Positions 13,086 through 27,170 of a stretch of 64,000 nucleotides of DNA are shown here, piece by piece. Positions within the stretch are counted from its first letter, which is position 1. Every line of letters starts with the position of its first letter. The stretch covers positions 34,040,001-34,104,000 of the forward strand of contig CM119371.1 in the NCBI GenBank assembly GCA_051294905.1, written 5' to 3'. The notes below the pieces were generated by a model. That model saw only the letters and a list, made by a program, of their open reading frames with translations, made no database searches and was not told where the DNA came from. The DNA is from Botryllus schlosseri. Taxonomy: Eukaryota. The translations under genes and the position numbers were made by a program.

Positions 13086-13858
13086 ATAACAAGTGAGTAA
13101 GGACCAAGGATATATGTACTTTAGCTGTCCTCAGATTAAACTCGATTACAGTACATAGTTTATGGCATCGGGTATACTGTCTTCACAGCCAAATTTGCAA
13201 TTTCGTGTCATAATATTGGGATATTTTGTCAGGATATATTTCACATATAGCCTACGCTAAATTGGTTGTGAGAGTTGTTGTGAGTTGATACCATATGCAT
13301 CCTGAAAATATAGCCAAGAACATATGCGGGTTGTTGTTGTTGTTGTTAGTGTTTTAATTTCATGTTTCTTCACTAGACCGTTATGTATCGTTTATTAAGC
13401 AATATCTATTATCTACCTACTTGTAAGCCAAACCCCATTCGTTCCATACGGGATATATAAACAAATTTAATATGTTAGTTAGGATCGCGATCTTTTTAGA
13501 AGAGTTATGAAACATGCATGTTTTACATAAACAGCACCATGCTGGAGTTAGTAACTAATAGCTGGGTCGTATATACAGATTATTATGAGCCATAATAAAT
13601 CTCGAGATGAGCAGTAATATTTCAACCACGGCGTGACTTCGCAGACATCTTATGACATCACCATTGATGGAAAATATATGTTTCTCCGTTTACGGGGTAC
13701 GAATATACACAATGCAAAGGCCAATAACTGTATAGTAACAAGAATGGGACTTGCAGTTCGATATTTATATTTTCAAGCCAGTATTTACACAGGCATTGTC
13801 ACCATTTACATTTGCAATGCATACGTAGCGCTAATGACGCGCGTATTTAACTAATGAC

Positions 13859-14425
13859 TAGAGGAAGATTTTGCAACTTTTGCAAATTTTTTGCACAGCT
13901 TCGTGCAGCTTCCCGAATACTCGGAAGTCATGTAGAATGCTGTTTTAAACTGTTTGAAGGAATCTTATTGTGCAACTTTTTGCAACCTTAGTATATTTTT
14001 TCCATGCAACTTTTGCAACTTTTTCGATTTTTCATGAAAGTTTTTTCGATGCAACCAACTTTCTACTTGAAATATTTGGCAGTATATGTAAATAGATCGC
14101 TTCATTATGCCACTGTGTTTTCGAGAATTTTGGTGAAATACACGGCCAAATTCGACTTCGACTGAAATACCGTAAATCAGCACTGAAGTAACGGGAATAT
14201 CGGGAGATGAGCAGGAAAATTGACCTTCTTTTTTTTAGTCAACCACTGGAGAATGTAAATGGAAAACTGTATTCCGGGTGTGGAAATGGGAAGTTGACCT
14301 TTTTTCAGTCAACTGACCAAAATGTAGTCTTTTAGTGCAAAAAATGAATGCAACTTTTTACTGCAACTTTTGTGAAAAATAAATGCAATTTTCCACGGAT
14401 TTAACTGTAATAAAAACTTGCCCTA
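13859..14425. mobile_element. hAT MITE with TGCAACTTT repeats
   Basis: Ends TAGAGGAAG / CTTGCCCTA; TSD CTAATGAC/CTAATAAC; a related end lies at about 23600-23643. Confidence 0.75.
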
Positions 14426-17337
14426 CTAATAACCAGCCAAGAAGAATGCGCGTAACCAATGAAACTATTTGTGAATTTCAAAAAGCGACTTGAGAATAAC
14501 AAATTCCTGGTGGTACTTGTGCCTTAAATAACAAAACATGACCCTTGAGTAAAATCTCTGTGGTGGGGAGTGGGCAAACTTCAAACGTTAATCTGATCCA
14601 TGGTATTAACTCGACTACAGACTGTGACCACCTAGATTTAATTAAACATCTGCAAGGGGAAATGGAGGCAGGTTTACAGTATGTAGCGGTTGCAAGATTA
14701 AACAAAGATGAATTAAACAAACAGCGTATGTTAATCAGACGGCGTTGTGTGTAATTTTTCGAGAGAATGTACAATAACGTTTTTAAGTATTTCGTGGTAA
14801 TTATTTACAAGCAACTCATCCACTGCAAGATTTTGGGCGTTCTTGATTGAAACATAAACAACTAAGAATTCTTTCACGTGAGGGGTGCATATAATGTAGT
14901 CAGATATTGAATTACAATCTAGCATTCGGCGTATATCCGAAGCAACGCAACCGCGCGAAAATTTTTATACCCTTGGAAAATGTTTGCAGATATGAGAATG
15001 GTATGTTTGTCCATCGCACAAGGTAGGGACATTCGCAGAAAACTAATCATCAGAAAATGGCGCAACTTAAATTCTGAATCCTAAAATATGTATCTCGCAT
15101 GTTTATGTTCTCGATGGTTTGGTGTCCCTGTATTTCCTGACAGGCATACCCCAATGGTGCACGCGATTAATTGAAAGGCGTGGATGTGATTTCGCGATGT
15201 GACATCATCTTTAAACTGCAATATCGCTTCTAACAGCAAATTTGCCGAAGATTTGGAGATGTGGTGACGCGAGCAAAGACTTTTAAGCTTCGCCAGATAG
15301 GGGTTGAATTGTATTAAATTGTCGTTATTTCAGGAGAGACGGATTCGGAATTTCACTAGGGCATAAAATGATATACCTTCTATGGTTCATCGTATGATCA
15401 TATTTCCTGGATCTGCGGATATTACTTTTGGGTATCAGAACTTTGAAATACAACTTATAAACTAGCAAAAGAAGTTTGATAGGAAAATAACAAAATCTTG
15501 CCAATATACTTACACAACACCAATGGCTATATCTAGATTTATCATATACACATGTACAGGGTACACTTACCTTGCGCATGTACACTATTTGAAATTCATG
15601 ATAGCGTAATATTGCCCTCTCTGTCAAACCTGAACCGCAGCGGAGTAGTTTTGCGTGTCAGTAGATACTATCAGTCACCCTCGTTTATTTGTTCAAAGTA
15701 TAGAAATCGTGTAATTGTGAAGAAATGACTCCACATTATCACATTCGAAAACAATTATGAAAAGAAAAATCTTGTCAGAACCAGTCGGAGACTTTGTTTC
15801 GTGACAAAGTATTTCAGATCAAACCGATCCGCTGTATCTTTGTATTCTAAATATGTATTTTGAAAAAATATCTCAAAATCATAGTTAAAATATACCTGTG
15901 CGGCTTTATATTCCGAATAATCCCTTGCGATGTGCAGTTGTGCAATGTAAACAAAGACAATGACCTACTAAAGTTATGATGCGAGCGCATTTAAGCAATT
16001 TACCGTGTGGTTGATCGCAGCATTTAATGTAGCTCGACCCTACAGTTACCCCATAACAAACCTCGAGGCGGGATGCTTTGTTGGCTAGTGTTAATAAAAT
16101 AAGCAGGCGCTAAATGCGGAGTAACTTCAAAGAAAGATTACGCGATTGGTAAGAGCTTGTTCCACAGTTTCTTCTTATTACTGTGACGCGTGTCACCTTT
16201 CTAGGCTTTGAGCGCCACAACATGAATTTCGTAAACTTTTTATTAGGTTTCCAGATGTCTTTAATTCTGGCTGTCAATCACTCTCTCTCACTCTTGTGCG
16301 TACCAATCAGGGCCTTTTGCTGCTTTGCTATACTAAGGGATATCTAAAACTATCTAAGGGATATTTAAAACTATCTAACTACTAGTTTTAGATATCTCTG
16401 TGCTAAACTAAAGTGGATGTAGAAATATCGTCTTCATTTCTACTCAATGACGAGTACGAGTATATAGCAATTACCAAGACATGTCAAAAGTTCTTCAAGT
16501 GCAACTCGAAAATCGAGGGTATGAAAAGTACACAAGTATGTAGTTTGACATAGTTGATTTCACAGGGGTTCGCATATACTTTGTGCAGTTGATCGAAGGT
16601 CACTATTCCCTATGTCAAAATTGCAAGACTATGTTCACAACAAATGCAAAACGACTAATGACACTACAAACACGTACAATCCTTTAATTCATATTCAGTT
16701 ATCGTAATGTAGTGACTATTTCACGAGGCTCTTATGCCAATTTTACTCATAAAAGTGTTGTAAACTTATCCTCGCCAGACTATGTTCGGTGCTTGAAAAG
16801 CGGAAAGCAGTTGAAGGAATCCACCGTGAGGAATGGTGTATTTGAATTGTTTTCATCTTAGTATAATTATTATATATATTCGATAATAAAGACAAATAAG
16901 ACTACGCATTAATGAAATAAGCTGTATCATAATGAATACCCAAATGTATCATATTAAAGTACTCTGACCAAACAAAAATTTTGTTGAGCCTATAGCGCAG
17001 TGGTCGGGAACCTATGGCTCGCGAGCCATACATGGCTCTTTTGAGTATAAGATATGTCTCTTTGGCAAATTTTCAATTTTGTACTTAATTTGATCGATAT
17101 TGCAGCAACTTGTTAGCAAATTTTCTTAACGGCCAGAATAATTATTCTCGTAGCAGCATAAACACGTATTTGAGAGGTCAAGACAGTGGCGTATCCATGG
17201 TTAAGGGCTCGGACCCGTTTACAAAATTCTAAAATTTAGGTTGCTGTAGCGCAAGCGACCAATATCCCTCACCAATTCGATGTACCCGGCATCGCCCGCT
17301 GCGTAATCTTGGAGTGCACCATACGTTGGTTGACTAA

Positions 17338-19260
17338 AGGCTGCTGCACACTGGCTTTGCGACACGACTAAAACAGGTATTTCCCCGATCATGTCGCGCT
17401 CACGATCGCGGTAGTTGCGTTCTGCTGCACACTGGGACACCGAGTCGTAACGTTGGCCTATCTGTTCTGTACCAACTTAATGATTTCGTAACAGTATAGG
17501 TTCTTGGTTATTACTATTGAAGAACACATCAATATACTTCCTACACATATGTGTTTTCCATGGGAACATGTACTGACAGCATTTTGCTGATGCTCCGAAT
17601 TTTGATACACCATAATGCCACTATGATATTCTCAAAGTCGAAAACTCAGTTTATTATTCCAATTCAAGACGCAGATGCACAGTATACAGTTCCCAAGATA
17701 CAAAGAATATAAACAAGGTGTCTAATCGTTGAAACACTCTGACATAGTCCATCAATCAGATTTCATCTGTATGATGTATAGCAGTGGTCGGGAACCTTTT
17801 GTGTCCGAAGAGCCATATTGGCCCTATATTTTCCCATCTCAACTCCCAAAGAGCCATACATGGCAATCAACTGTTACGTCACAATTGAAAATTCGTGACG
17901 TCATGGTAGCACTAATTCGAACTCACTACATGGGATTCGTCGTGTGCGCCATATTTTCTCTGTAAAAACTGATATTGAATAAATAAAGCTCGAAAAGAGA
18001 GGTAAGGTACAGATGGGCCAAGCCTCGCCATTGATGACGCAATTCATCGTAAGTAGCTTGGAATTTAGAATCACTGATATTAATTAAATGTGACTATCAC
18101 ACTGATTGCGAAAATTTAAATACTTATCGACTTCTCAGTCTTCAAACTTCAAAGTATTCGGGGGTAACATAACGTTGCGCTACACGCCTACATTTTATCG
18201 CCGGTACTACACAGCGCTATACTTACCAATCAAGAGCATGGACAGCTATGACGTTGTTTGTAATTCGAGTTTGTAATTGTGAATGTCACATCCACAACAG
18301 TTCATTTCACTCCGAAGATAAGCAAGAAAATATTTATTTGAAATCTGCGTTTTTAAATGGGCGTCGCCATGTCTGCTATGCTCTTTGATTATTCAACGTA
18401 TCGCACAATTCAAGATTTCGAGTCTTGTACATAGAATTATTGAGTGATATTGGCCGCCGGCGTGACAGGAACTTAAATTTGGTGATTTTGATAAGAGGGG
18501 GGTTCGAGTCCCTGAACCTGATGACGACATTGTCTTTACCTCTAAAAGACGTGTTTATGCTGCCACGAGAATAATTATTCTGGCCGTGATGAAAATTTAC
18601 CAACACGTCGCTGCAATATTGATCAATTCAGTACCTAAATAATTATTTCGTAAAGAGCCATATCTTATACCCAAAAGAGCCATATATGGCTCGCGAGCCA
18701 TAGGTTCCCGACCACTGATGTATAGGCTTACTCTTCTAGGCCTGCCGGTACTTTCGTAATGTCAAGCATGTCAGTGGCATTGGCGGGCTAGCGGTGATGT
18801 TCTCTGTTGTTCATCTTGTATTGTGAACATATAGTGATTTAATTATCAAATATATCTTCATTTCGTTCATCCATGTTCAAGTTATCAACTTGAGGTTGAA
18901 TCATTCTTTTTCTGAGCTTGTTGGATATCGTACAGCGCCATGAGTCACTCCCGCACAGCCTTCACCGTGTAACCCAAGATAAATTACGCATCTGGTACAC
19001 GAGAATGTTAAATTAGGAAGTTGAACGATTAGAAAAGATTGCAACAGCACCGCCGAAATAAGAGCGCGTGTTTATTTTCTACTGCTACTGAGCCCGCAAC
19101 TCGCGACAAAGTTGGAATTTTTCAACTTTGTCGGCGAGTTGCGCAGCCCGCTCGCCGACGCTTTGTTGCGTAGTCTGGCGACGCGGTGTGCATGGTTTAG
19201 TCACAGACAGGCGCGATTCTCTCGTTTTATCGTGTCGCGAGGGCCAGTGTGCAGCAGCCT
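17338..19260. mobile_element. PIF/Harbinger-type non-autonomous element
   Basis: Roughly 37-bp imperfect TIR starting AGGCTGCTGCACACTGGC; TAA on both sides. Confidence 0.8.
17782..18717 (+). mobile_element. hAT MITE family A, full length
   Basis: TIRs intact; perfect TSD ATGTATAG. Confidence 0.92.
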
Positions 19261-19556
19261 TAAGAGAATAGCAGACATGGGGACGCCTATATGACAATCT
19301 ACTTTTCAAATACACATTGTCTTCTTGATCTACACTGCGAAATGAACTGCCTTGGAAGTGGCATTCCAATTACAAATCCAAATTACGAAAAACGCTTCGC
19401 TATCCACGTCCAAATTGATAAGTAGCTTTCTAGAACTGCCGTTAAAATGTTAGTGTGTAGTGCAACGTGTATGACACCACCTAATTGAAAAGTCGATCAA
19501 GATTTATTCTCGGAAACAGTGCTATAGTTATACTAGATTCATATAAGATATTATAA

Positions 19557-20414
19557 CAGTGGTTCCCAAACGGTGGGGAATTCCCCACTGGTGGGGAATT
19601 TCGGGATTTCCGGTGGGGAATAGACTCACTTTTGAAAAAAATCTTTACGGTAATAATCTCCTTTATTAAATGTCGTGTTGAAATGCCGACCCAATATTTC
19701 ATAGCTCATTTGCAATTCAGCAATTCATATTATCAATGCCTCCAATTAGCGAGAATCGCCTGGATAGCAACACGCGATCTCCAGAAATGTTTTTATTCAT
19801 TTGTACACCGTCATCGGTCACGAAACGTAGTGATGGAAAAATTAAGATTCGTTGTAATAAGAGCTCATATTGCTGAACATGTATTCAAGAGAGATCGTGG
19901 ACTCGCTAATTGATTGCACATCCGGACTCGTTACAAATGAAATTACATATTTATGTATTTTCAAGTTCTCTCAGTACTGTGCGAAAGTGTAGTTTACGGC
20001 GGCTTATATATATCGCACGCATGAGTTCTTCAACATCAGGAAGTTTATCTGACCAATGTATTATTCGGCATTTACGTATTTAAATTTATGCTACTCCGCA
20101 ACATTTGGAAAATTTTCAAACCCCTCCTATTTTTCTGTTGGCTGCGCGCCGGGGTAGATACATATATTTACGGAGGTGCGTTGACGGTTACCAGTTCACC
20201 GCTGCGCTAATTTTACTGTGTGCTGATCAATTCCGAGGATCTTAACAATCCCCAATAGCACGTAATATTTACTAAGCAAAGTCTTGCAAAATTTTATTGG
20301 AGGTAGCACTTTAAAGGGGGGATATGGATTTGGATATAGAGATTTTAGGTGGGGAATGAAGGCTCGGAATAAATCGGAAGTGGGGAATTAGACTAAAAAG
20401 GTTGGGAACCACTG
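19557..20414. mobile_element. hAT MITE
   Basis: Ends CAGTGGTTCCCAA / TTGGGAACCACTG; TSD TATTATAA; GTGGGGAAT subterminal motifs. Confidence 0.88.
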
Positions 20415-22111
20415 TATTATAAATTTTGAGCAATTTACGATGAATTGCGCTATCACAGGATGATTAGTAGCCTACGTGTTTTTACAGAGAAAATATGGCG
20501 CACACGACGAATACTATGCAGTGAGTCTGAATTAGTACTACCATGACGTCACGAAATTTCAATTGTGACGTAACCACTGATTGACATGTATGGCTCTTTG
20601 GGAGTTGAAATGGAAAATATAGGGCTAACATGGCTCTTCAGACGAAAAAGGTTCCCGACCACTGCTATAGTGTACGTTTCCCCGGCAGCGGGCAGAGATA
20701 CACTTCTCCCACGATCAACATGTGACTTGAAACGAATTACATTCAGGCGGCGGGTAGTTTATTTCTTCGCGAAAAGTATCGGAATATTTTTAGTGTATAA
20801 CATCTGATCTGCTGCGGTAAAGTTGAAACGGGAAAAGCTCTGGTATCAGATCAGCCTATATCGTCGGACTTGTAATGAGAACGTGAAGAGTGTAATGTCA
20901 TCCAACAACGATTTGCTGATTTATTTATGTTGGTTTAAGAGTCACGCCGAGATTAAATCGAAATTAAAAGCGGTATATGTGTAGTTGCGCTGGTGTAATT
21001 ATCCCCTAAGTGGCTTTCGCAGAATCGCGTATCGCCCCAGGAGAGCCTTCAAGTCTTCTTCTTTGAAATGCGGCTCCGACATTCAAGAAGGTCGGGAACC
21101 ACTGCATACAAAGATGCGGTAGAGCATCACCTCTACTATTTCGAAGTACTCAAGCGCATTTACCTACTTCCGTCCCTTCTGGATTACTACAACTTTTACT
21201 TAAATAGTTTTTGAATTCAAACTACTTACTACTCCCATTATAGATTTTGTGAAGCATAAAATGGTGGTGAATTGAAAATGAATCGAATCAAAACTATAAC
21301 AGTCAAATTAACTTGTGACTTGGTTACAACCCTTCGCTACGCTATGTCCCCACGGCGCAATGGTCCGTAACGAGATGTTCTGTTCCTTCCAAGGCCTGTC
21401 GGAAAATTAATACCTGACCGTGCGCTAACTGCTTAACCTCAACCCTACTACGCGATACTCTGAGCAGAGTTATCCCGATATCAACAGCGCATCGATATTG
21501 GACACGAAATGTTTTTATCTGGAAATTACACAAAAATCGGAGATTACTTGATTTCGAGTTATTTATAGATTGTATTTCGTGATCAGTAACTGTCGAGACA
21601 TTCGCGATCAAAAAGAGCAACCACGCTATCGGATCAGGAATCAATGTTCGTCGAGGGCTAAGCAACATTAATTACTTCGGATTTCACGGCTTGCCGCGTC
21701 CTGTCTTGGAAACGTTGGTCTCGGCGTGTGTTTTACTGTGTTCGATAACGAATCTGCATTGCACGGTGAGATACATACAATATTCCGTTTCTGTGCGTTC
21801 TATTCTTTATTTTTACACGGATACGTTTTTATGATCGTGTCAATTCCAATTGCAGGCAATCTTAACGCATGCGAGCCTACCAAAATATGTTGGCAGAACA
21901 CTGGCTGACGTCACTATCGCTCATATCTATAGGATTGCGACACCGGTACCTTCACCACGCTGCTAAGCTACTTTTGAATTACAGTAAGGTAGGAAGGTAT
22001 TAGGATGAGGATATGGCCTAGCTACTTGGCTTTTTTCCCTAGCACAACAACTGGCAATGTTTTGCGTGTTAATGGTTTATTCTTCTTCATATTCCCCTAA
22101 CACTTTTATTG

Positions 22112-23388
22112 CACTAAGCAACAATTTTGAACGAAAAATTTGTTGACTTTGGTTTTGCACTTGATTTAGGCTAATTTTGGCGTGCTGATTCTAAAAATGC
22201 CGCAGGTTTTCTTCAATCACGTCAAGTTTTCGCTCTACGACACATGCCCAAAATATGCAAATTTTCACAAATTTGGCCATATTATTTTTCCACACCATAT
22301 AGAAATCCACCCTTTTATCATATAATACGTTATATAGCAAATGAGTCAATTGAATTATTTAGAAAAAAGGTACTGGTATCGATCTAGGCCGATTTTTCCA
22401 CCCATTTTTGGTTAAAGGATGCAATCATCCGAGGATATTTCAGACACATATTTGATGCAAACTGCAGGATATGGCAAGAAAAATTGACTTTACATTTACT
22501 ATCAGCTAGAGGTCCAATGCCCCATTCAGCTTATCCACTTTAACTTGAAACTCCTATACGGTCGGTAATTTGGATCAAGATGAAGATCTTAAGGATAGCA
22601 GGCAAAATGATGAAGATTTTGAAAACGAGGATGATTCAGAACATAGAGTAGTCCATCAACACGAGTTAAATGATCTGACATTGGCTTGGGGACTTGAAAG
22701 AGAAATATTCGAAACTTTTAGCATCCTTTGCGAATTGAGAAACGATTATTCGGCAAAAGAGAGAAGATATCTAACTTTCGATCATGAAAAACGGCTTGTA
22801 ATATCACAAGCACGATTTGATCGTATAACCCTGACACATATGTGCTACTAACACAGGTTTATGTCAGACAGCAGACATCCAAAAAAGCTAAAATATCTAA
22901 ATAATTTCACGGAACACCTTGACATAGTAAGCGATGGTCAAGGAGAAAGTATCCCCTAATATATGAAGGTGTTGGGGGTACGATACCACAGTAGATTGGA
23001 GCTTGCATATGTCAGCTGATTATTCCTCGAGTCTCAAAGAGACAACCAACAGATTATGAGTTTATTAGCGCAAATTTAGACCATGAAACTCGACCTTTAT
23101 TTGTCTTTCAGAAGCAATATCAGTTTAAATCAACCAAATAAAGCAGTGCTAATGTTTATTTGGAGTCTATTGATTTACTTTCGGCTGCTTGCGGTTTTTG
23201 AAAAGTTTTATACAGTAAACACAAAATATTAAAAATAATATTTTTATGTGGGTTATGAGAAAATGTGGTGGGTGCCTAGCCTTGACGTGATAGAAAAAAA
23301 AAACGGAATTCATTTTTTAATTCAGCGCCCAAAAGTTAGTCGAAATCAATTGTCTGATCAAGGTCAACAAAAGTTGTGTTGACCAGTG
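22112..23388 (+). mobile_element. Decayed Chapaev3-like (CMC) DNA transposon with transposase remnants
   Basis: CACT...AGTG ends with 3-bp TTG duplication. Relic peptides GPMPHS, HQHELNDL..GLERE and SDGQGE..MKVL..RY..HMSADY..SLK resemble the SDEQGERFHQDI..ERYQG..MMADYCWSL motif recalled for this family. Confidence 0.75.
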
Positions 23389-23647
23389 TTGTGGATTCGA
23401 TGACTGGCCAGTGGCCATATACTATACACAATACACATCCGTGGGTGCGTGGTGATTGAATTGCTGTAATAAAAATGAAATAAAAATAAAAAAGAACTAT
23501 TACTATGTAAACGTCATACTCACAAGTACGGTGTTCGGAGAGCCGCAAAACAGCTTGAATCCCCATACTACATAACATCTGAGCATTTAGGAAGCGGCCG
23601 CAAGCTGTAAAATAAGTGGCAAAAGTTGCAAAAACTTGCCCTAGTAG

Positions 23648-25919
23648 CAGCACCGTAACTGCCGCACCCCAAACCCCCCAATTGGGGGGGGCCCGAGCTC
23701 GAAGGGGGCCCAAAATTATTTCGTGAATTAGCATAAATCATAGAGTACTTTTTGAAAATGCATGCAATTTTATCAGAAATTTTTCGCGCTGCGCGCGAAT
23801 TCAAGTAGCCATGTGTCTGTATTATTGGGTATTGGGCCATTACCGCGCCACGACACACCAAGACATACAAGCAAGTTTTAGGCCATATAACATGCGACTC
23901 CAGGAAGTGTGCCAGAACGATCGGCAGCGAGAAAACCTTGGCCGAAAGGGTCTATGCCCTTATGCCAGGGTTGGGCAAACTACGGCCCGCGGGCCGCATG
24001 CGGCCCTCGACTCCTTTCTGTGCGGCCCGCGAGAGTTTAATAAAATCATCAAAAATATTGATAAAATGCGTACCAAAAATCGAATTAATGCAGGGACTTG
24101 ATTAACCTTTTTCTTAGTATATTTCACCATAATAATCTAAGGCAGTGGTTGTCAAACGGAGGGGAACACCCTCCTTGGGGGTCGTGAAAGCATCTGACGG
24201 GGGCGCGAAGCTGAGCTCAACTGATTTTTTTTTCGCGCTCCGCGCGATTTCCATACAATTCTAGGGTACGTACTTCCTATATTACTTTTATGTTCAATTT
24301 CTGGCGCGACAGCCCGATCTCAAGGCCCACGCAGTTTAAAAGGTTTCAACTGGTAAACATCACAGAAATCCTAAACGACATTGACATAATTCGGATGATG
24401 AGTGTGATTTCAGATTGGCCAGTTCAGTTTTAAATATTTCAGTGGTGTGCTTATAATAACGATTCGCGCGTGTCTTAGATAGATTCGTTCTCTGTATGCG
24501 TACAATTAGGGTATTTATATTTTGTCTACACATAGTAGAAGCGTGTTTGAAGCTAACATGGGTATGATGCTGTCAGCATTGTGTGCCCTGGAACTGTACC
24601 AAAAGTGGAATTGCTAAATCTATGAACAGATCACTGCTCAGAGATTCAAATTTCAATCCTGTTCTAAGAATCGGGACAACCGATAAATTGGTTATTAAGG
24701 TCGACCAGCCTATGCAATCTCGCCACTGTTTCTCACGCTTGTCCGATATCATCAAAGTAATGTTTGGTTTGCATTGAATAAGCATAGGCTATATATTATC
24801 TCCATGTCATCACTATATGATATAATCAAATACCAATACTGCGTTTTGGTGTATAGTCCCAATTTTATATAGTGCGGCCCGCGAATGGATTCAGATGTCG
24901 AATGCGGCCCGCGAGCTTAAAAGTTTGCCCACCCCTGCCTTATGCTGACCAAAGACTTCGTTATATATACAAAATAAATATAGGTTTAATCGTCCATAGG
25001 CGCCTAAGTGACTGGCGCCGAATGTTCCTGTCTTTGCAATCTGAACTTCACAAGACAAATACCATCCCGCTGGGAAAAATTTTATGCCGGTGAAGAAATA
25101 CCAATTTGAAATCGTGTTCGTCTCTTAGTTTAGAAGCCTACGTTTGGGCGATTCTATATTTTTTGATATAGCAGACTGGAAGTCACGAAATAACATCATG
25201 TAACGAAGTCATATCAACGGGTCCGCCCGCCCGAAGATGTTTGATTATTAGTTATGGGCCCTCCCGTTTTCAAGACACTTCACTCAGCTCTACCGGTAAA
25301 TCTAATTACGAGAGTAGAGAGGGCAATAAATTGATAGCATAATATATATGCAATCGCCGATCTGATTGACCGATTTTATCATAAATTATCGAAAATTTTC
25401 GCGCTTCGCGCTGACTCATAATACAGTACAGATGATTTCGTGACAAACGCGAACAACGTGATGGAGGGGTCGTTTCATCACCCTATGGGAGCCCAAGACC
25501 CACGTTTTTGGGGGCCTGACGAGGTGCTGTTTCGTCCCTACCAACGGGTATACGCCCGAAGATGTTTAATTATTATTGAGTGGTCCTACCTTTTCAAACA
25601 CACCTCACTCAGCTCTACCGGAAAATCTGATTACGTGAGCAGAGAGGAGATAAAAATTGATCACAATATATATGCAATTCCCGATCATACTGACCGATTT
25701 AGTCATGAATTCTAGAAATTTCCCGCGCTTCGCGCGCTTAGGCGACAAAAGCTTATTCATTAACCAAACTCCCAACGCATAACATAAATAGCGGTAAACA
25801 GGGTATCGGTGGAGGGGGTCTGGGGGGCGAAGCCCCCCAGACGTTCGGTCTATAACCCTATGGGGGGCCCACGACCAAAGTTTTGGGGGGGGGCCTGGCG
25901 AAGTGCTGTTACGGCCCTG
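23648..25919. mobile_element. hAT-like element G with a nested family D copy and a duplicated right end
   Basis: Ends CAGCACCGTAAC / GTTACGGCCCTG; perfect TSD CCTAGTAG. Confidence 0.8.
23966..24937 (-). mobile_element. hAT MITE family D, second copy
   Basis: TIRs present; perfect TSD CCTTATGC; inverted homolog of 7290-8383. Confidence 0.9.
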
Positions 25920-26327
25920 CCTAGTAGTTAATTTCTGAATTACATATCACGGAATTACCATGTCACGATCGCGCAATACAACCCTTTTTTTTATTAGATT
26001 CTATTTCCATTCAAGTCGTCGTTTTGGTTAATTCCATCAGCAGCCGTTTTGCAGACCAAATAGCTTTGGCATGTACTAATTGCACGGATAAATTTATTGA
26101 ATAAGGATGCAGTCGTTAGTTTGAAAGGCTCCGCAACTTGAATATCGGTCCATACTCTGTGTCTGTATCCATCTTAAGCTATACGTGGCATTGCAGATAG
26201 GATAACAATCACCAATAATAATGAGTATTAGTTTGGGAATACCGATATCCTTCACACGCTCGTTCGAAGTTTCACTTGATGTATTGTGACCAGGCTGCAC
26301 CGACAACCCAAGGAAAGAGTGATCATT

Positions 26328-26990
26328 ATGGCTCTTCAAAAATGACTTTTTTTTTCTCAAATCGCACTGGCTACTTGATAAAATTGTTAGGTTCCCTAAT
26401 TCAAGTCTACACACCAAATTTGGTTCATTTCCAACCATTAGCCGCATTGCTACAGGAGAAGAAAGTTTCTATTTATTATATAAAAATAAATAACAAAAAA
26501 TTTGGAAATTTTCTGTTCACCCCATGAAAGTAATAGGTTGTCTATAGAAACGATGTTCACCAAATTTGGTTGAATTCCAACCAGTACAAACGGAGTTATT
26601 GCCGTCGAAAAATTTGAATTCGAATAAAATAGTATTTACGGTGGCCACCGCTATAATAAATAATTAAAGAATTGGTCACCGTAAATACTATTTCATTCAT
26701 GATCCAAATTTTTCGACGGTGATAACTTCGCTTCCGCTGGTTGGAATTGAACCAAATTAGGTGAACATCGTTTCTATAGACAACCTAACACTTTCATGGG
26801 GGGAACAGAGGATTTCAAATTTTCTGTTATTTATTTTCACATAATAAATAGAAACTTTCTGCTCCTGTAGCAATGCGGCTACTGGTTGGAATTGAACCAA
26901 ATTTGGTGTATAGGCTTAAATAAGATAAACTAACAATTTAATCAAGTAGCCAGTGCGATTTGAGAAAAAAAGTCATTTTTGAAGAGCCAT
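26328..26990. mobile_element. Foldback (fully palindromic) element I, copy 1
   Basis: Roughly 320-bp inverted arms; 10-bp TSD AGTGATCATT/AATGATCATT. Confidence 0.9.
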
Positions 26991-27117
26991 AATGATCATT
27001 TGTCAGTGGAATTGATCCAAGATCAAAGTGCGGCAAGTAGTAGAAAATATTCCAGGGTACTTTCAGGGTATACGCAGTAATATATTGGTTAGTACGTCCA
27101 TTATTCGGATAGAACTT

Positions 27118-27170
27118 ACGTACCGTGACTTGCGGGGCGGTAACGTACCGTGACTTGCGGGGCGGTAACG
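27118..27170. repeat. Perfect 25-bp tandem duplication
   Basis: ACGTACCGTGACTTGCGGGGCGGTA occurs twice in tandem. Confidence 0.85.

Larger units (their letters stand above)
16998..20664 (-). mobile_element. hAT family A element, outer shell of a nest
   Basis: Family A ends at 16998-17240 and 20480-20664; TSD CTATAGCG/CTATAGTG. Confidence 0.82.

Noticed and set aside
17460..17760. Harbinger transposase relic (minus-strand HGKHI)
   Set aside because: A single weak motif among stop codons is not enough support.
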